Notes: generated by a model from the letters alone, not told the origin. A stretch of 64,000 bases of DNA from the human T2T-CHM13v2.0 reference genome, Homo sapiens (GCF_009914755.1 NC_060929.1); one strand, 5' to 3'; shown: positions 1-63,806, counted from the stretch's first letter. Program-made: numbers and translations.

Positions 1-249
1 ATCATTCAGAGAACCGTGGGCCTGGTCAAGAAGTAGGCACATGATACAAGCTGAGCAAATTGAGCTGCTTCCACTGAAACATCAATTCTCAGATGGGGAT
101 AACACAAGGATAAAAACATTTAAAGCTGATTGGACTGTCAGCTAGCACCTAATAACAGTGCGTCTTGTCCCTTTCTGGGCTTGGCTTTTACCTGGCTCAT
201 TGATTCCGGGAGCTATCCCATGGCCTTCTAATGAAATTCAATGTTGGCT

Positions 250-670
250 TATATATTCGTTTCCTAGGGCTGCCATAGCAAAATACCACAAACTGGGTGG
301 CTTAAAACAACAGGAATTATTTTCTCATGGGAGAATTCTGGAGGTTAGAGGTGTGAAACCAAAGTGTTGGCAGAGTTGGTTCCTTTTGGGGGGTCCGAGG
401 GAAAAATCTGTTCCCTGTCTCTTTCCTGGCTTCTGGGGGTTGCTGGCAATCGTTGGTGCTCCTTGGCTTGCAGATGTGTCACTCCAGTCTCTGCTTCTGT
501 CTTCACATGGCCTTCTCCTTTGTGTGTCTGTGTCCAAATCTCTCTCTTCTTATAAATAAGGATTGACTTTATTTTAATTTGACTACATTGTAAAGACTCT
601 ATTTCCAAATGAAGTCACATTCAGAGGTTCCAGGTGAACATGGATTTTAAAGTGACACTACTCAACCTAG
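250..670 (-). mobile_element. MaLR LTR (MLT1-type)
   Basis: tttcctagggctgccatagcaaaataccacaaactgggtggcttaaaacaac is the reverse complement of the MLT1 3' end. Confidence 0.75.
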
Positions 671-2437
671 TATAGTTTGCAACCCTAAATCCCTAACTGA
701 TCCAGTTATGCCCAAACCAGTGTTAAGAGTGGGTTCTATACATCTTCTGTTTTCATCTTTACAGTAAACCTTGAGGTAGGCACCTTTATTATCTTCATTT
801 TAGAGGTGGAAAAATGAAGACCCAAAGGACTTGTTCAACGTTACATGGCCAGTAAGAGCCAGAGTTAGGATTCACGGTGTATATGTGATATGAACCTGTT
901 CTCCTAACCACTACACCATATTCCAGGCTTTGCCCTAGTTAAAAGTGCACTGAAGTTCCCCCAACCCCCAACCATAAGCTATGAAAGGAAAATGGTCCAC
1001 TTACTATTCTGGGGCCAGATCTGCACATTTGTGCATGGCTACTCTAGCTCTCTGTACCTTAGTACTGGGTGACTACCAAAGTCATGAAAAGAGCAGAGAA
1101 TCAGGAAGAATTCTGAGAGAACCAGAGAACAGCTTCCATAATTGTCTGGTCAGAAATCCACATGGGTAGCCGCGACAGGAAGAGACTTGCCAAACTATGG
1201 GTCACGGGGAAGACTCTCAGCTGAATGAGGACTTGCTCAGAGTTCTCTGGTTGATATGTCCTGTGAGGCATTAGGACAAATTCAGATCTTCCTAGAAGGC
1301 TGATATATCCTTCAAAAATATTTTACCCAGGGTCTGTTGGATTTGGAACTTAAGAGACTAACCCTCATCCATCACACATACCCTCCCCCTCCTCCCAGAG
1401 AGACTCTGTGATCCAATTGCTCCCTAGGGCAAGACCATCAGGTCCTGGAAGGGGATCCTGACATGTGGTACCAAAGATGGGTCAGAATGTCCTCAGGTAA
1501 AAATAGAATCAATGAGCTTTGAATTCTAAGCCCAGGGGGGAATCATGTAGCCAGAAGACAGTGTTATTTGCCCCTCTTTATAGCTGAAAAGTGTCAAACC
1601 AGTGTCTGAAAAGATTTCAATCAAGGAAGGGAGTTTCTTTTTGTGATTGTTCTTGTTGATAGGAGTACTACATATTCTTCCAAGACAATTGAAAAAAGAA
1701 AAGCAAAAAGGAAATAAACACTATCCATTAACCTCCCATCTGGAGACGTCTGCTATAAATATTTGTATTTGTATTCTTCCAGACATTTAAGAAATGTTTT
1801 CCTCTCTCCAAAAACACGGTATCTACTGTGCACAGTTTTGCAATGTGTTTCTTTAATGTAAAAATGTATCCAAATCATCTTTTCATCTCATTAAATATTA
1901 TTCTACAATATGACTTTTCGTGGCTGTATAATAATTCATTGTGTGGATTCCTCTTGTTGAACATTTAAGTTGTTCCAGGTTTCTGCTGTAATAACTAATG
2001 CTGCAAAATTTAATGTTCCTGCTAAATCTTTGCACATGATTTATTTCCTTAAACTCCTAAAAATGTAATTACTGGGTCAAAAGCTATGCAACAGCTGAGG
2101 TTCTTTCTATATGGATTGCTAAACCATCCCCCAGAAGAGTTGTACCAATTTACACTCCCACCAGCAGTGGATAAGAAAGCTCATTTTGTGCACTTTGCCA
2201 ACAGTGGAGTCTGTCATTTAGAAATCTTTGAAGGCACCACTTATTCTATAAAACATCCATATCTCTGAAAAGCAAGATTTTTCCAGACAAGGAGTACATT
2301 TGAGTCACTGAAAGATTAGTCCAGTTATTCTGAAAACATTTAATTTCTGTCCTTGTGCCTGCTGTAGGTTTTCCACTCACTGATGTCCTGGAAAAGAAAA
2401 TAGTAAGGAGGAACTTAAATAAGGAGGAAAAACTTAC

Positions 2438-2574
2438 AAATTCTCCTATCTCTGCAGACACTGAAGAGACCGGTGCTCCAGCCCCCGCCAGTCTGGACAA
2501 TTGCTGTGATTGTCGTCCTGCCACTGGCTCCCCGAACAGGCTGCTTCACCACAGCGCTGGCTGGTACATGGCCC
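2438..2574 (-). CDS. PLAC8L1: PLAC8-like 1, exon 2 (137 nt), start of the PLAC8 Cys-rich domain
   Basis: ctccag|G GGC...ATT T|gtaagt; GHVPASAVVKQPVRGASGRTTITAIVQTGGGWSTGLFSVCRDRRI (WSTGLF is typical of PLAC8); the gene continues left of the window. Confidence 0.93.
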
Positions 2575-3664
2575 CTGGAGAGTCAAGGATGATGATTAAC
2601 TTGGAAACAAAGGTGTTTCAGAACAATAACCATTAAGCCAAGTCAGAACCATAAAGAAGAGATAGGGACCCAATGATGCCAAGGGGCTCATAGCCCAAAT
2701 CGACTTTGCCATCTCCCTCCCTCCTCCTCCTCCATCATACCTTCTCTTCTGGCTTTTTGCCTCATCTCTATTAATGGAATTATTGTTCTAAATCCTGACA
2801 CACAAATTCAAGCTCAATGTCCAGTCTACTTCCTCAGTGTTTCAAATAGTTAAATTCACAAATTTGGAATCGAGGCCTCAGTTCAAATCCAGGCATTCCT
2901 GGAGGCTTGACCTTGGTTAAATGACTTTACCTCTCTGCTTTCCGTTGGTTCTGATGAAAAAACTACCTCATGAGATTATTGTGTCTATTGAAGGACATCT
3001 GATTCGTTTACTGTGCCCAGGGGATGTGTGACAAAGTAACTCTGAGTGAGCTGCATCCCAAGGATTTTGAACCTTTGCTGAAGTGATACTGAGAAGGAAC
3101 TGGACTGAGTGGGCAGACTGAAACCTGGACTAGGCTGTTGAAGTTGACATGGGTATCATTTAAGTGAATTGCCCAGACTTCAGAATATGTCTTGATATCA
3201 AATTACTGTATGATTGACCTAGTGGTGCCACAAAGTATACTTTGGGTTGATTTTCCCAGAAAGGGATGAATATTCCTATCATCAATCATTCTGAATTAGA
3301 AAATGAAAACCTGGTGGCTGGGCTTCAAAAGCGAGGTAAGGAAAAACTTCTCTTTCTGAGGCTGAAAATCAGTTGTGCCTGAATTTCAACCATGGGGATG
3401 TCTGGAGTGATTTCCATAGTGAAGGGTAAGTTGCACTTGGCCTCATAGAAGGGGTGGGTCAAGAGTGGGGTAGAAGGGCCCTAGAATGAATCTGAGCCTG
3501 TGCAGTGTGGTAATTATTCTGTTTTGTGCTTCTCTTTCAGCAAGCCTCATTAAGATTTTGCACCTGTTTTCTGATGTGCTATGAAGAATTAAAGAAAGAG
3601 CCTGCCTCATAGTTGAGACAAAATAAGAGACAGCAGCATTTCTTCCTATAACAGTTGCTGCAGT

Positions 3665-3985
<321 letters not shown>

Positions 3986-5045
3986 TCAGCACCTGGGACA
4001 CATGGCCTGGAGGCCAAAGCAGAACATTCCTAACTACCCTTAAGACAACATCCTGGGGGCATCTTGGAAACAGCTGTGGAGCCCATTACCTCTGATTTCT
4101 GGCAATAAAGCCAATGGAATTTCATGGTATTATAGTATAAGTTGCATTGTGGATCTTATTAAGATCCACATCTCTTTTTCATCCCACCAATACGGATCAT
4201 GTCTACACCTTCCCAAAGATGATAGCACATTAGCTTGTTAAAAAAAGAAATTCCCAAGCCTTCCCTCGGACCAACTGCACAGGTTTCCAAGAATGAGGTA
4301 CAGAAATTAATATTAAAACAAGCCTTTCAGGTAATTTTTAAGCACTCATGCCATTCTGAAACCTGATACCAGTAGATTTGGACACTAATGATGGTGACTG
4401 CAGTAGTCTCCCACTAGCTAGGTGGTGATGTCAATGCAAGAGAGACGGCAAAAAGTAGAAAAATAGGAGAATAAGAGGTAGGGATGTTTGGAACATATTT
4501 AGTCTCAATGTCAGTGAGAATCAAGACAATACTTAACAAACGGCTGGAAATGATGTACCAGAGCTTGGAAGAGAGGTTAGGGTTGGAAGCGACCTGTCTG
4601 GAAGTATGAAGTGGAACTATGAAATACCCCCAGCCCTTTTATCCATTAGGCATTGTAGACAGTTCTCATGGTTTAATGAGCTTTCTAGGAACCTACCATG
4701 GAAAAAAAAAATTGGCTCCAAAATATAAAAACTGCAAATAAATTAATGCTCAATTAAACACAAAAATCTAGCATTATGTCAATTTTATTAATTGCCAAAT
4801 TTAGAATTCACAAATATTTAACATTTTGAAAATTTGTAAGTTCTCATTTTGCAAAAATTCCCAAATATGAATGGTTGCTAAGAAGCAGCAACTAGACATA
4901 AATGAGTTATTCATAGTCAAATAATCTCAAAAACAAAATTATAAAAATTATTTTAAGTATTGTACAGAAAAATATATATATATGGATATAACAAATGTAT
5001 GGGTATATTTTAATATGTTTGTTATGATGTAAGTTAGGGCCCATT

Positions 5046-5718
<673 letters not shown>

Positions 5719-6262
5719 TCTTTGCTGATTTGAAATTGGCCCTGAAAAAACTACTTTTATGTCTTATTTCCTCTGCCTCCATGTGTGCTCCCTGAGGTTG
5801 GGGGCATATGCTGTTCCTCCCTGTATACCCACTATCCCGCACACTACCCTGAAACCTCATGGGTGCATGATAAGTATTTCTTGGGCTGGACCAAATAGAT
5901 TCACTTGTCTCTTCTGTTATATTTGAGTCCTCCTCAAGGCTAGCTACAAATTTATGTGAACTTTACTGTGTTTCATTCTCTAGTAAAGCCACAAGTCTTG
6001 GGCATGAATTGATGAAATACAAGCAGAGGGTAGCCTAAAAGCTTTCTGCATTCCTCCATACAAAGGCATTTACCTCTCAATGTGATGGCCACAAGCTGGG
6101 GCTTCCATCATTGGGCTAAGAGCTTCAATCGTCTTTTAGTAGAGGGATTTCTTAGGGCAGCCTAAGAATAGAATGTCTGCTTCTAACTCAGTATTATGTG
6201 CGTGACACCTTTTATTATAGCAAGGAATGCTGTATTCTATCCATTCCAAATCAAATAACTAA

Positions 6263-6518
<256 letters not shown>

Positions 6519-7443
6519 TAGAGATAGGGGTCTCGCTTTATTGCCTAGGCTGTTTGTCTAATTTTGAACTCAAGGATAGATTTGTTATTTATTTCCTTAA
6601 TATCCTGAGTCTTCAGTTATTTTTATATTAAAATGTTTGAATTGACATACATTGGCTGAGACATTTCAGTTCAAAATGATTGCTCATGTGTTGTAATTGA
6701 AATAACAACCATAGCTAACTTTCACTGAGTACCTTCCATGTACCAGGATCTCAGTAGTTCATTAACAACTGAAAGATTATTCAGGGGCTGCTACAGGTAT
6801 CAGACTCAAGTAGCTCCTGTAGCTTCCTAGACAGCTTTTCTATATATTACGCCCAGGGAATCTTCTGCTACCATGAAGAACAGGAATGAGTATGCAAACA
6901 GTGGATGAAGCTTATGGCCACAAAGCTCTGCTAAACCAGAGAAGATGCTCATTTACCTATCAAATTCCATAAGTTCTTCATTTAGTAGAAAAAGCAAAGA
7001 TTTTCATTTCAGACACAAAAAAGTTCAAATAGTCACATTCTAGTTGTGACATCTTAGAAAATACAACTTGTCACAACCCTCAGCTCTGGCCTCCTCCTCC
7101 ATAAAATTGGATTTAAAATATCCTAGCTCCTCAGTTGCCAGAGTATTAAACAAGATCATGTATGTACCTGACACGTAGTATGCATGAAGTCGATGGCCAC
7201 TGTTATTATTCTAACTTCAGGATCCTGTGTATGCTCTAGGGCATTCTGTATACTTTTCTCAGAAACAAAGGAAGGAGAAAGGAGAACTGGACCAGGTTTT
7301 CAGTTGTCATATGTGCTACCCAAATGCCTTAAAATTCAGTCAGAGTGATGGCCAGGCACGGTGATGCACACCTATAATCCCAGCCACAAGGGAGACTGAG
7401 GTGACAGGATTGCTTAAATCCATGAGCAAGACTCCCATCTCTT

Positions 7444-7736
<293 letters not shown>

Positions 7737-7771
7737 CTCAGACCCCATCTCTTAAAAAAAAAAGATTCAGT

Positions 7772-7884
7772 CAGGGTAACCAACCATTCCAGTTGGCCCA
7801 GGACCAAGGGTTTTCCCAGGATAGGGAAGTTTTAGTGCTAAAACCAGTACAGTTCCAGGCAAACCAAGATGGTTGGTGATCCTA
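7772..7884. mobile_element. MER81-like hAT MITE
   Basis: Termini cagggtaaccaacc ... ggttggtgatccta form inverted repeats; about 113 bp. Confidence 0.6.
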
Positions 7885-8471
7885 ACCCTCAGAAGGTGAG
7901 GGAGGCTTTAACTCAGGAGGCAGGAGGCTAACTCCTGTTAAAGTTTGATGGATGAGATACATACTTTTCCCTCTTTTTGACCTCACTCCATTCCTCTTCC
8001 TCTTCTAGCACAAGCCCTACCATGTCTCCCACATGCCTGGTTCTTCAGCCTGGGGTGTTACATGTCACTCTTCCATAATCACACTTGGAGTATTGTGAAA
8101 TCATTCTGCCTTGTACCTAGGCCTCCTTGATTATTTCAAACTCAGCTGAAGCCAAAACCCTTGAGTTTTCATTTCAAAAGGGTGGAAATGATTGGCAGTC
8201 TCTAAAAATAAAGTTCCACTTGGTCAGGGTTCAACATTTTAAGAATAAAGAGATACCATTTCACCCAAGCCAGCCCTTTTCTTGTCACCAGCCAAGAAAG
8301 GCCAGAAGGAACAAATCAGTTGCCCTCTTTTCAAGTTTGCATGGAGAAAAGATAGCAACCACTTTCTTCCCAAGCCCAGTTTTCTTTTCCCTGGCTCCTT
8401 ATAAGTAGAGGTTGATTCGATAGTCCAATTAAAGAGCAAAAGCTAGGGGAAAAACTCACCCTATTCCCTAC

Positions 8472-8590
8472 CTCAAGTTGGAAATAAAATGTTCATCTTC
8501 AGATGACATGTGTGACAACAGAGGTGAGTATATGTTGAGTAAGGAAAGATCCTCAGGACTCCTGAAGAAGTTACTTCCAAACCAATTCAT
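8472..8590 (-). CDS. PLAC8L1: PLAC8-like 1, first coding exon (119 nt coding)
   Basis: ATG at 8590; MNWFGSNFFRSPEDLSLLNIYSPLLSHMSSEDEHFISNL AG|gtaggg; in frame with the exon at 2438-2574. Confidence 0.92.
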
Positions 8591-10448
8591 AGTGAGAAGT
8601 GTTTTCTTGTCCTTTGGGCTATCCTTTTTCCCTTTGGCAATAAGCTGGTTTCTAAACTTCGGATTAGTCCAAAGTGAAACATCTCTTGAAAGAATGTTCC
8701 CTTAATATTCTGGAACCTGAGGTCATAGCAGTGTAACTAACAGACATCTTTTTTCTTTAAAAACAGGTATACACCTAACTGTGGACACATTCATCTTACT
8801 AATCTGTAGGGAGATATTGCTGGAGTATAGAGTAAATAGAAGAAAAAGACTTATCTTTGGTGGAAAACTCTTTAAGAGATGCCTCTAGTAAACATTTATC
8901 TAGCTAAGTGCCACTTGACCGTTCCTTGGAAGATTCAGAAGGCTGAAAATTTCTGCCATGCCATGTGACTGAGAAGCAGCAGAGACCTCTCTTCATCCCC
9001 TGAACTGCTGGTCCAATTCAGCCAGATGATGCAAGTCCCATAGCCAACCCAAAAGCAGGAGCAAAAAAAAGTCTTTCAGCGCAGGTATTGTATTTGAATC
9101 CATCTTATGAAAGGTGGTCTCCTCAAGTTTGAGCTATGGTAGATTGTCACAAGCCTCAAAGCCTTTTCAGAACTTCTAGAAATTCTCTGCTCTTCCATTA
9201 ACTTCATTGATAATGCCAGGAAAGTGGCATTTCTTTCCTACCCAGTCCAGACGGAATCTAGTAACTGAAGCAAGGCTTGCCTGGTGATGTCCTCACAACA
9301 GCTCTGAATCCTCAAGGTCTCAGGAGCCTCTGAATCATGCCTCTGGCACATGTCTTATGGAGGTGTGGACCCTAGAAATATTAGGAAATATCCTAAGACA
9401 AAAAATTAGGCAAAATTTCACGTTGAGGAAAGGGCTCTGCAATCATAATTTGACATGACATTAGAAAGACATCAGGAGGATACTGCCAATTATATCATAT
9501 ATTCTTTTCATCAGACCCATAGAGAATGGTTGCTTAGGGTTCTGAACTTCAAAGCATTTATTGAACCAGGTTGTTAGGAAAAGCCTATAATACCTTCCAA
9601 ATCAAGATTCCCCAGACATAGCTTCATAACTGCCTTCAATCATGGGGTTCTGGGCAACTGTCATTGTCTTCTTAACAGTAAGGATGTACCCTACATTAAG
9701 GACAGGTATGTTTTTTCTGCTTACTACTCTATTCCAAGTGCTGACCACAGTGTCTGGCACATAAAAAGCACTCAATAATTTGTTGAATAAATGTGCCCTA
9801 CATGAAAATTCAGGTTTATAAGAATAACAGAAATTAAGAGGTGATTACTAGCTTTGCAAAAAAAAAAAAAAAAAAAAAAAAAAAAGATTTACAGTAAGAT
9901 TCCTTTGAAGAGTAAACCACCATGGTACATATAAGCTATGACTCCATATTTTTACATTTCATTTGCGCCCAACTTTTCTAATCAAACGTCTATTGTATGA
10001 AGTGACTAATCCACATGCTACACAGCTTTTTCATTTAAAAATAAAATGAAAAGAATAGAAAAGGCATGTGCTTTATAAAAGAATGCCAAATATTTATGAA
10101 AAAGAAATAATAGCATTAGAATATCACCATTTTGCATAGCCCCAGCATAACAACATATCAGGAAGGAAATTCAGAAGCATTAAAACCATTAGATAAAAAA
10201 GATTAGGAACCAAATATTCTCAAGGTGCAAAAATATAACTATTCCACATATTTCTAATTGCAAAAGAGAAAATGTACCTTAACTATGAAAAATTCCAGAA
10301 GTACTCAAAATGCATATTTACATTGGAAAGTTCTGAAAGTGTAAGAAAAAAAAAGTACCCTTACAATAAAAGCTCTGGGTGTGATTTTAACAAATATGCC
10401 TTTACATCAGAAGGTCCTAGAAGTGATCAAAATGTATCTTTAACATTA

Positions 10449-10921
10449 CCCTTCACCCTTCCTCCATGATTGTAGGTTCCTGAGGCCTCCCCAGCCATGC
10501 CTCCTGTATAGCCTGTGGAACTGAGTCAATTAAAACTCTTTTTTAAATAAATTACCCAGTCTCAGGTAGTTTTTTATAGCAGTATAAAAACACACTAGGC
10601 CAGATGCAGTGGCTCACACCTGTAATCCCAGCACTTTGGGAGGCTGAGACGGGCAGATCATCTGAGGTCAGGAGTTTCAGACCAGCCTGGCCAACGTGGT
10701 GAAACCCCATCTCTACTTAAAAATACAAAAATTAGCCAGGCGTGGTGGCAGGCACTGTAATCCCAGCTACTCAGGAGGCTGAGGCAAGAGGATCGCTTGA
10801 ACCTGGAAGGCAGAGGTTGCAGTGAGCCAAGATCATTCGACTGCACTCCAGTCTAGATGACAGAGCAAGATTCTGTCTCAAAAAAAAAAAAAAGAAAAAG
10901 AAAAGAAAACACACTAATACA
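10449..10921 (+). mobile_element. MST-type LTR 3' fragment with an Alu insertion (10598-10908, TSD aaaacacacta)
   Basis: ccatgattgtaggttcctgaggcctccccagccatg...ataaattacccagtctcaggtag. Confidence 0.75.
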
Positions 10922-11493
10922 AGCTCTATGCACAGCAGAGGGCCATTACAAATCTTATTGATGCTGTAAATTTTGGGGTGAAGTATTTTCTACCTGACTG
11001 GGGTCCATATAAACTTCTCCTTTCTCTGACCTCCTAATGGCCCTGGTAACACTGGCCTTGGTCAAATACATTCCTGTTTTCCATGCACGAATTCTTTGTT
11101 GTCTAAGTGCAATGAAGATGGAGGCCAGGGCTCTAATTCAACTCTGCTGCTAATACATAGGATCTTGAGCCAGTGACTTTGACCTGTTTCTTCATGTGGC
11201 TTCCTTGCTATTCCTTCAGCACACCAGCTACATGCCCCTGCCTCAGGGCAAAAAATGCTTTTGACCACATACGTGCTAACAAAACTACATATGCATTTAC
11301 CCTCAGACCCACAAGCCCACTTCTACAAATTTACTCTGAAGATATACCTCCACAAAAGTGAAATGACATTATTCATGAGGTTACTCACTATATCATTCCA
11401 TACACATTCTATAAAATATTAAAAACTTAGAAACAACCTATATGTCCATCCATGGAGACTGGTTGAATAAACTAAGGTACACCTTTACAATAG

Positions 11494-12121
<628 letters not shown>

Positions 12122-12152
12122 GAATCATGTATTTTTACTTATTCAAAAATCA

Positions 12153-12416
<264 letters not shown>

Positions 12417-13139
12417 TCATCAAAAAAAAAAAAAAAAAAAAAGCAAGCAACCACATACAAAAAAGAATTCAGGAAATATTTAAATAGTGCTCTGACTATA
12501 TCCCTTAGAGAAATATGTTCTAAGGACACAAAGAATTGCAAAACAAACAAACAAAACCAAATACTGTACTTATTTATTGCTAACAGAATTGGATTGGCAA
12601 TTCTGAAATTTTTAATAGACTAAATGACTAAATATATTGAGGTTCTTGAGAACCAGAGTTCTCACTGTGTGAGAAGGGAAATACAATTGCAAAGGGGAAA
12701 AGATGAGAGAGAATTCAGTGGTATTAGATAAAATTATGATTTTAAAAAACACTACTGTATGTATTTCTTAGCTCTGTCTATTGGAAGGGCCTGAAAAACA
12801 ATGTCCTAGTAGCGCCTGGATCTTGGTTTCTTAATAACACTCTCCATTAAAATGAAGCAAAGCTCTCTGGAGAAAAGACTGATTTCTAGTTCTGAAACAG
12901 AAAACACAAGGCAAGTTGGGAACTTCTTATGCCATTATACAAAGAAATGCCCCAAAATTAATGTGGAGTTATAAAAAGGACAAATATTGTACTGCAGCCA
13001 GCTTGAATGGGGCTTCCACTGGTTAACTCAGAATTTGAGCGTTCAAAGAATAATGATGGTAATAGATTATAGCACATATGAAAAAAAGAAATCCATCAGT
13101 CCGCAGTGATTTTAAAAGAATGATGAAAGAAGAACACTG

Positions 13140-13550
<411 letters not shown>

Positions 13551-13634
13551 TCACCATATTACAACCATCAATGCAATAACTGACAGCTTATCCATGAATG
13601 CTACCACTTCATGAAAGTTAGCTGATAAACAAAT

Positions 13635-13988
13635 GTCTTAGTCCCTTCAGGCTGCTCTAACAAAATACCTTAAATTGGGTAATTTATAAACAACAGAAAT
13701 GTATTGCTAGTTTTGGAGGCTAGGAAGTCCAAGAGGAAGGCACCAGCATATTCAACTTCTGGTGAGGGCCCATTCCTTATAGCTGGTGCCTTGTGTGTCC
13801 ACACATGGCATAAAGGCAACAGGACTCCCTCAAGCCTCTTTTGTAAGAGCACTAATCCCATTCATGAGGAAGCCACCCTCACGACCTAATCACCTCCTAC
13901 AGGCCCCACCTCTTAATACCAACACCGTGAAGATTAAGTTTCAACATATAAATTCTGGGGGGACATGAACATTCAGATCATAACAGCA
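13635..13988 (-). mobile_element. MST-type MaLR LTR
   Basis: tgtcttagtcccttcaggctgctctaacaaaatacc...gggggacatgaacattcagatcataaca. Confidence 0.75.
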
Positions 13989-15118
13989 GGATATTCATAT
14001 AAGCCTCAAAGTATCAGCTCACAGACTACTTAATTACAAAAAGGAAGAGTAGCTTTTCAACCGAGAAATATGATGCTAATCAAATCCACAATACATTAAT
14101 CCTGACATGATCCAGTGGGAAACATCACCTATGTAGTAATCTTGCCAAGAATTTTAAATCTGATTACAACCATGAGAAAATACAGAAATCCAGATTGTAA
14201 GCATCATGCTAACGACCAGCTTGATGTCTTCAAAGATGTTACTGTCATGAAAGATCAAAAAAAGAACAGAGAAACTACCCTAGTTTAAAGGAGATTAACA
14301 GACCTAACCACAAAATGTAATACTTGATCTTTGAATCCTGAGAGTTTTTCAAAGAACACATTATTGATGAGACATTGGGGAAGTTTTACTAGAAAAGCTT
14401 ATTACCTAATATTATTGTATCATGTTAAATTTCTTGGGCATAATAACAACACTGTGATTATATAGGAGAATGTCCAAGTTCTTAGGAGTTGTGTGATAAC
14501 CTATGGGAAGATGAAGTGTCATGGTGTCTGTAACTTACTGTCAAATGGTTCTGAATTTTTAAAAAATATTTTCTAAATACAATGTGTTATCCTGGATAGG
14601 ATCCCATAATAGTAAAAAAAATTAATAGAAAAATTGGTGAAATCCAAACAAAGTATACAATTTAGTTAATCATAATGTACTCATGTTAATTACTTAGTTT
14701 TAACAACTAAACCAAGGTTAAGTAAGATGTTAACAGGAGAAACTGTGTAAAAGATGTACAGGATCTCTCCATATTAAAGATGCAACTTTTATGTAAGTCC
14801 AAAACTATTCCAAAATTAAAAGTTTATTTTAAAAATAGATACTTAGAGAGATAAAGTAAACGTGACACAATATTAACAATTGGCAAATCTAGGTGACAAG
14901 CGCATGGATGTTTACTGGCCAATTCTTTCCACTTTTCTGTAGGCTTAAAATTTCTCGAAATGAAGTGTTAAAAGAAAATAAAACTACTGAAGGTTAAAAG
15001 TAAATGAATGGAAAAGATAGTCTGCATGGACGTTAACCAAAAGATAACTGGTGTTACTATATTGTTAGGCAAAGTGGTCTCTAGGCAAAAAATAAATTAA
15101 TTAAAAATAAAGAGAAAT

Positions 15119-15613
<495 letters not shown>

Positions 15614-16764
15614 TTACCAGAAGGAATATAATCTGAATTTATATGTACCTAACAAAACAGCCTCAAAATATATAAAACAAAAACTGTCAGAATTATAACA
15701 AGATACAGGTAAATTTCATTGTCATGAGAGATTTTGGTATACCTCTCAAAAACAGAAAGAGAGAAAACAGTAAGGATATAGGTTTGAACAATTCAATCCA
15801 CAACTCTGACCTAATGGACACATACAGTACTTTTGCATTTACAGAATATATATTTTTTTCAAGCTCAAATGCAACATTTATAAAAACTGACATATACTGG
15901 GCCAGAAAGCTTATCTCTAGCGACCAGAGAAGGCAAAAGGCAGACCTCTGTGGTGCTGGCACTGTGCCATTCTTCAACTGTTTGGTGACTGTGCAGGTGT
16001 TTGCTTTATTAATAAATTCTTTTTTTGGAGGTGGGGAGAGAAAGGAAGTTCATTTTTTGTGTGTGTATATTTTTTGCTCACTTTTTGTGTATGTGCATTG
16101 TATTTCAAAACTTAAAAAGAGTTAAAATCCTCTAGGAAGGCACTAACATAATAAGTTATATATAACATTATTATTATGCACCCAATTATATTATTGTTAA
16201 TAATAGAATAAGCCCAGTGTAGCCTGTTTTTCCTTCAGCATTTCAACTAACTGCTGGTTCTTCTGTTGAGTACCAGATGAAGTAATGGGCTTATGCTCAG
16301 ACGACTCCTTATACAAAACATTTGTATCTCTACACATAAGAAACATATTCAGCACAGCAAGAAGCTTATTCTAAGAGAGACACACAGAAATCAAGACTGA
16401 AAAAACAAAGGATCCATGAATCTCAACTCACACCTAATCCAAAACAGTACAGGTTCATAAGATGAACACAATCACAATATTATTTTCCTTTCTCTCTCTT
16501 TTTTTTTTTTCTGGCCAAGCACACATAGTTTAATTTTCCTAAGTTAAACACAAGTAGGTTTGTGTTTAGGCAACAGAAAGTATTACTTAATTTCAGAAAT
16601 AATTAAGGCTTTGCAGATCAGAGAGGACAGCAAAAGAATCTAGAGGAGTGCAAAGAAAGAATCAGTTGCCCCAAAGGAACCAACACAAAGGACATGATTA
16701 CAGACTACAGTAATCTGAAGCCAATATACCTTGGTATCCATCATCTTCTTCTTCTTCAATGGTA

Positions 16765-17000
16765 ACATTCACTAAAGACTTACTACTTGCCAGGCACTGT
16801 GTTATGATTTTCCTAGATCAGTTCATCTAAACATCTCACAATAAGCCTACAAGGTACCAGTATTAGTTCCATTTTATAGATGAAGAACTGCAGCTCCGAG
16901 TAATTGGCCAAGAGCATCCTAGTAGCAAAAAGAAGAACTGGAAATCTAACCTAGCTAGTCTGATTTCAGAACATGCGCTCTTACCCCACTATGCTATAGT
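16765..17000 (-). mobile_element. MIR SINE
   Basis: tgccaggcactgtg...ccattttatagatgaagaactg core. Confidence 0.65.
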
Positions 17001-17355
17001 GCCTGTCCCTAGTAGATAAGTGATTATTTGCACTTGATGATTTCTAATTCTAACATCCTATGATTGGCTTCAATAAATCTGTGATAAACCATATGACTAG
17101 GCCTAGTGGTCCCTAACTGCGGAGAGCAAAATAAGGAAGCTCAATAAACTCTATTTACATAACCGCAGTTAGAATTCAGGTTCCTCTGGGTTATCAAAAT
17201 TGTTCTTTCTCCATATTAAACCCATCAAAATTAGAAATGTTTCTCCTGTTAGTCAATGCCTTACATTTTTTCCTCATATGAAGACAGATGGCGCAGATAT
17301 TAAAAGACACTCCAACAAGAATAAAAGAATAAATCTGTAATAGTCAGCATGACCT

Positions 17356-17684
<329 letters not shown>

Positions 17685-18220
17685 TAAGACAAATTTAGTA
17701 AATGCAGATTTCTGGGGGGGAAGGGGGGAATCTTCTTTTAAAATGCCCATATTTAGTGTAGGTGAAATATACTGCTTATAAACTATTGATATTAGCCTTG
17801 AAGAAGCCATTATTGGTTCTTAGTTGAATAATTAAAGCTTTAAAAAGTCTTATAAAATGCAGGACCTATTTGTTCTTTATACAAAATACTTAGTAATTGA
17901 AGTCAAGTCAAAATATTCTCATTAGTTCTTTTAAATCATCATGAAGTTCTCTTCATTTAAAAAAAAAAAGCTGCTAATTTACTACTTTTCTTTTTTTAAA
18001 AAAAATACAGCTAACTCCATAAATGAATATACTATAAAAAGCTGTTAGGTACACCTTAGCCTTCATCAAAGTATAAAGTACACCTCATAAAAGAAGCATA
18101 CTGACACTTTTATGTTCATCTTAAAAACCAGAAACTTCTAGGAAATAGCAACAATTTGTTTTTTAAAAAGAGTTTGGCAAAAACCATTTCTCTTGGACAC
18201 CCAAAGAAAGGGAAAAAAAA

Positions 18221-18226
18221 TTTATT
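18221..18226 (-). terminator. LARS1: Proximal polyadenylation signal AATAAA in the LARS1 3'UTR
   Basis: tttatt on + = AATAAA on -, about 175 nt after the stop, followed by U/GU-rich sequence. Confidence 0.6.
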
Positions 18227-18400
18227 AGGTCCAGGAATCAAAGATGACTTGATAGAATTATGAATACATGCAGAATTGGATGGTTAGAAATGAAATCAAT
18301 CTATTTAGGTCCAGCCTAAGGTTCTGATAGCCAATCAGTAGACACAATCAGAGTAGTAGTATTCCTAAGAAACCAGGATAAATCTCCAATGTGCATGAGT

Positions 18401-63806
<45,406 letters not shown>

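Noticed and set aside
4397-4428. Possible CTCF motif (ctgcagtagtctcccactagctaggtggtg)
   Set aside because: Core does not match CCASYAGRKGGC contiguously; cannot be supported without ChIP data
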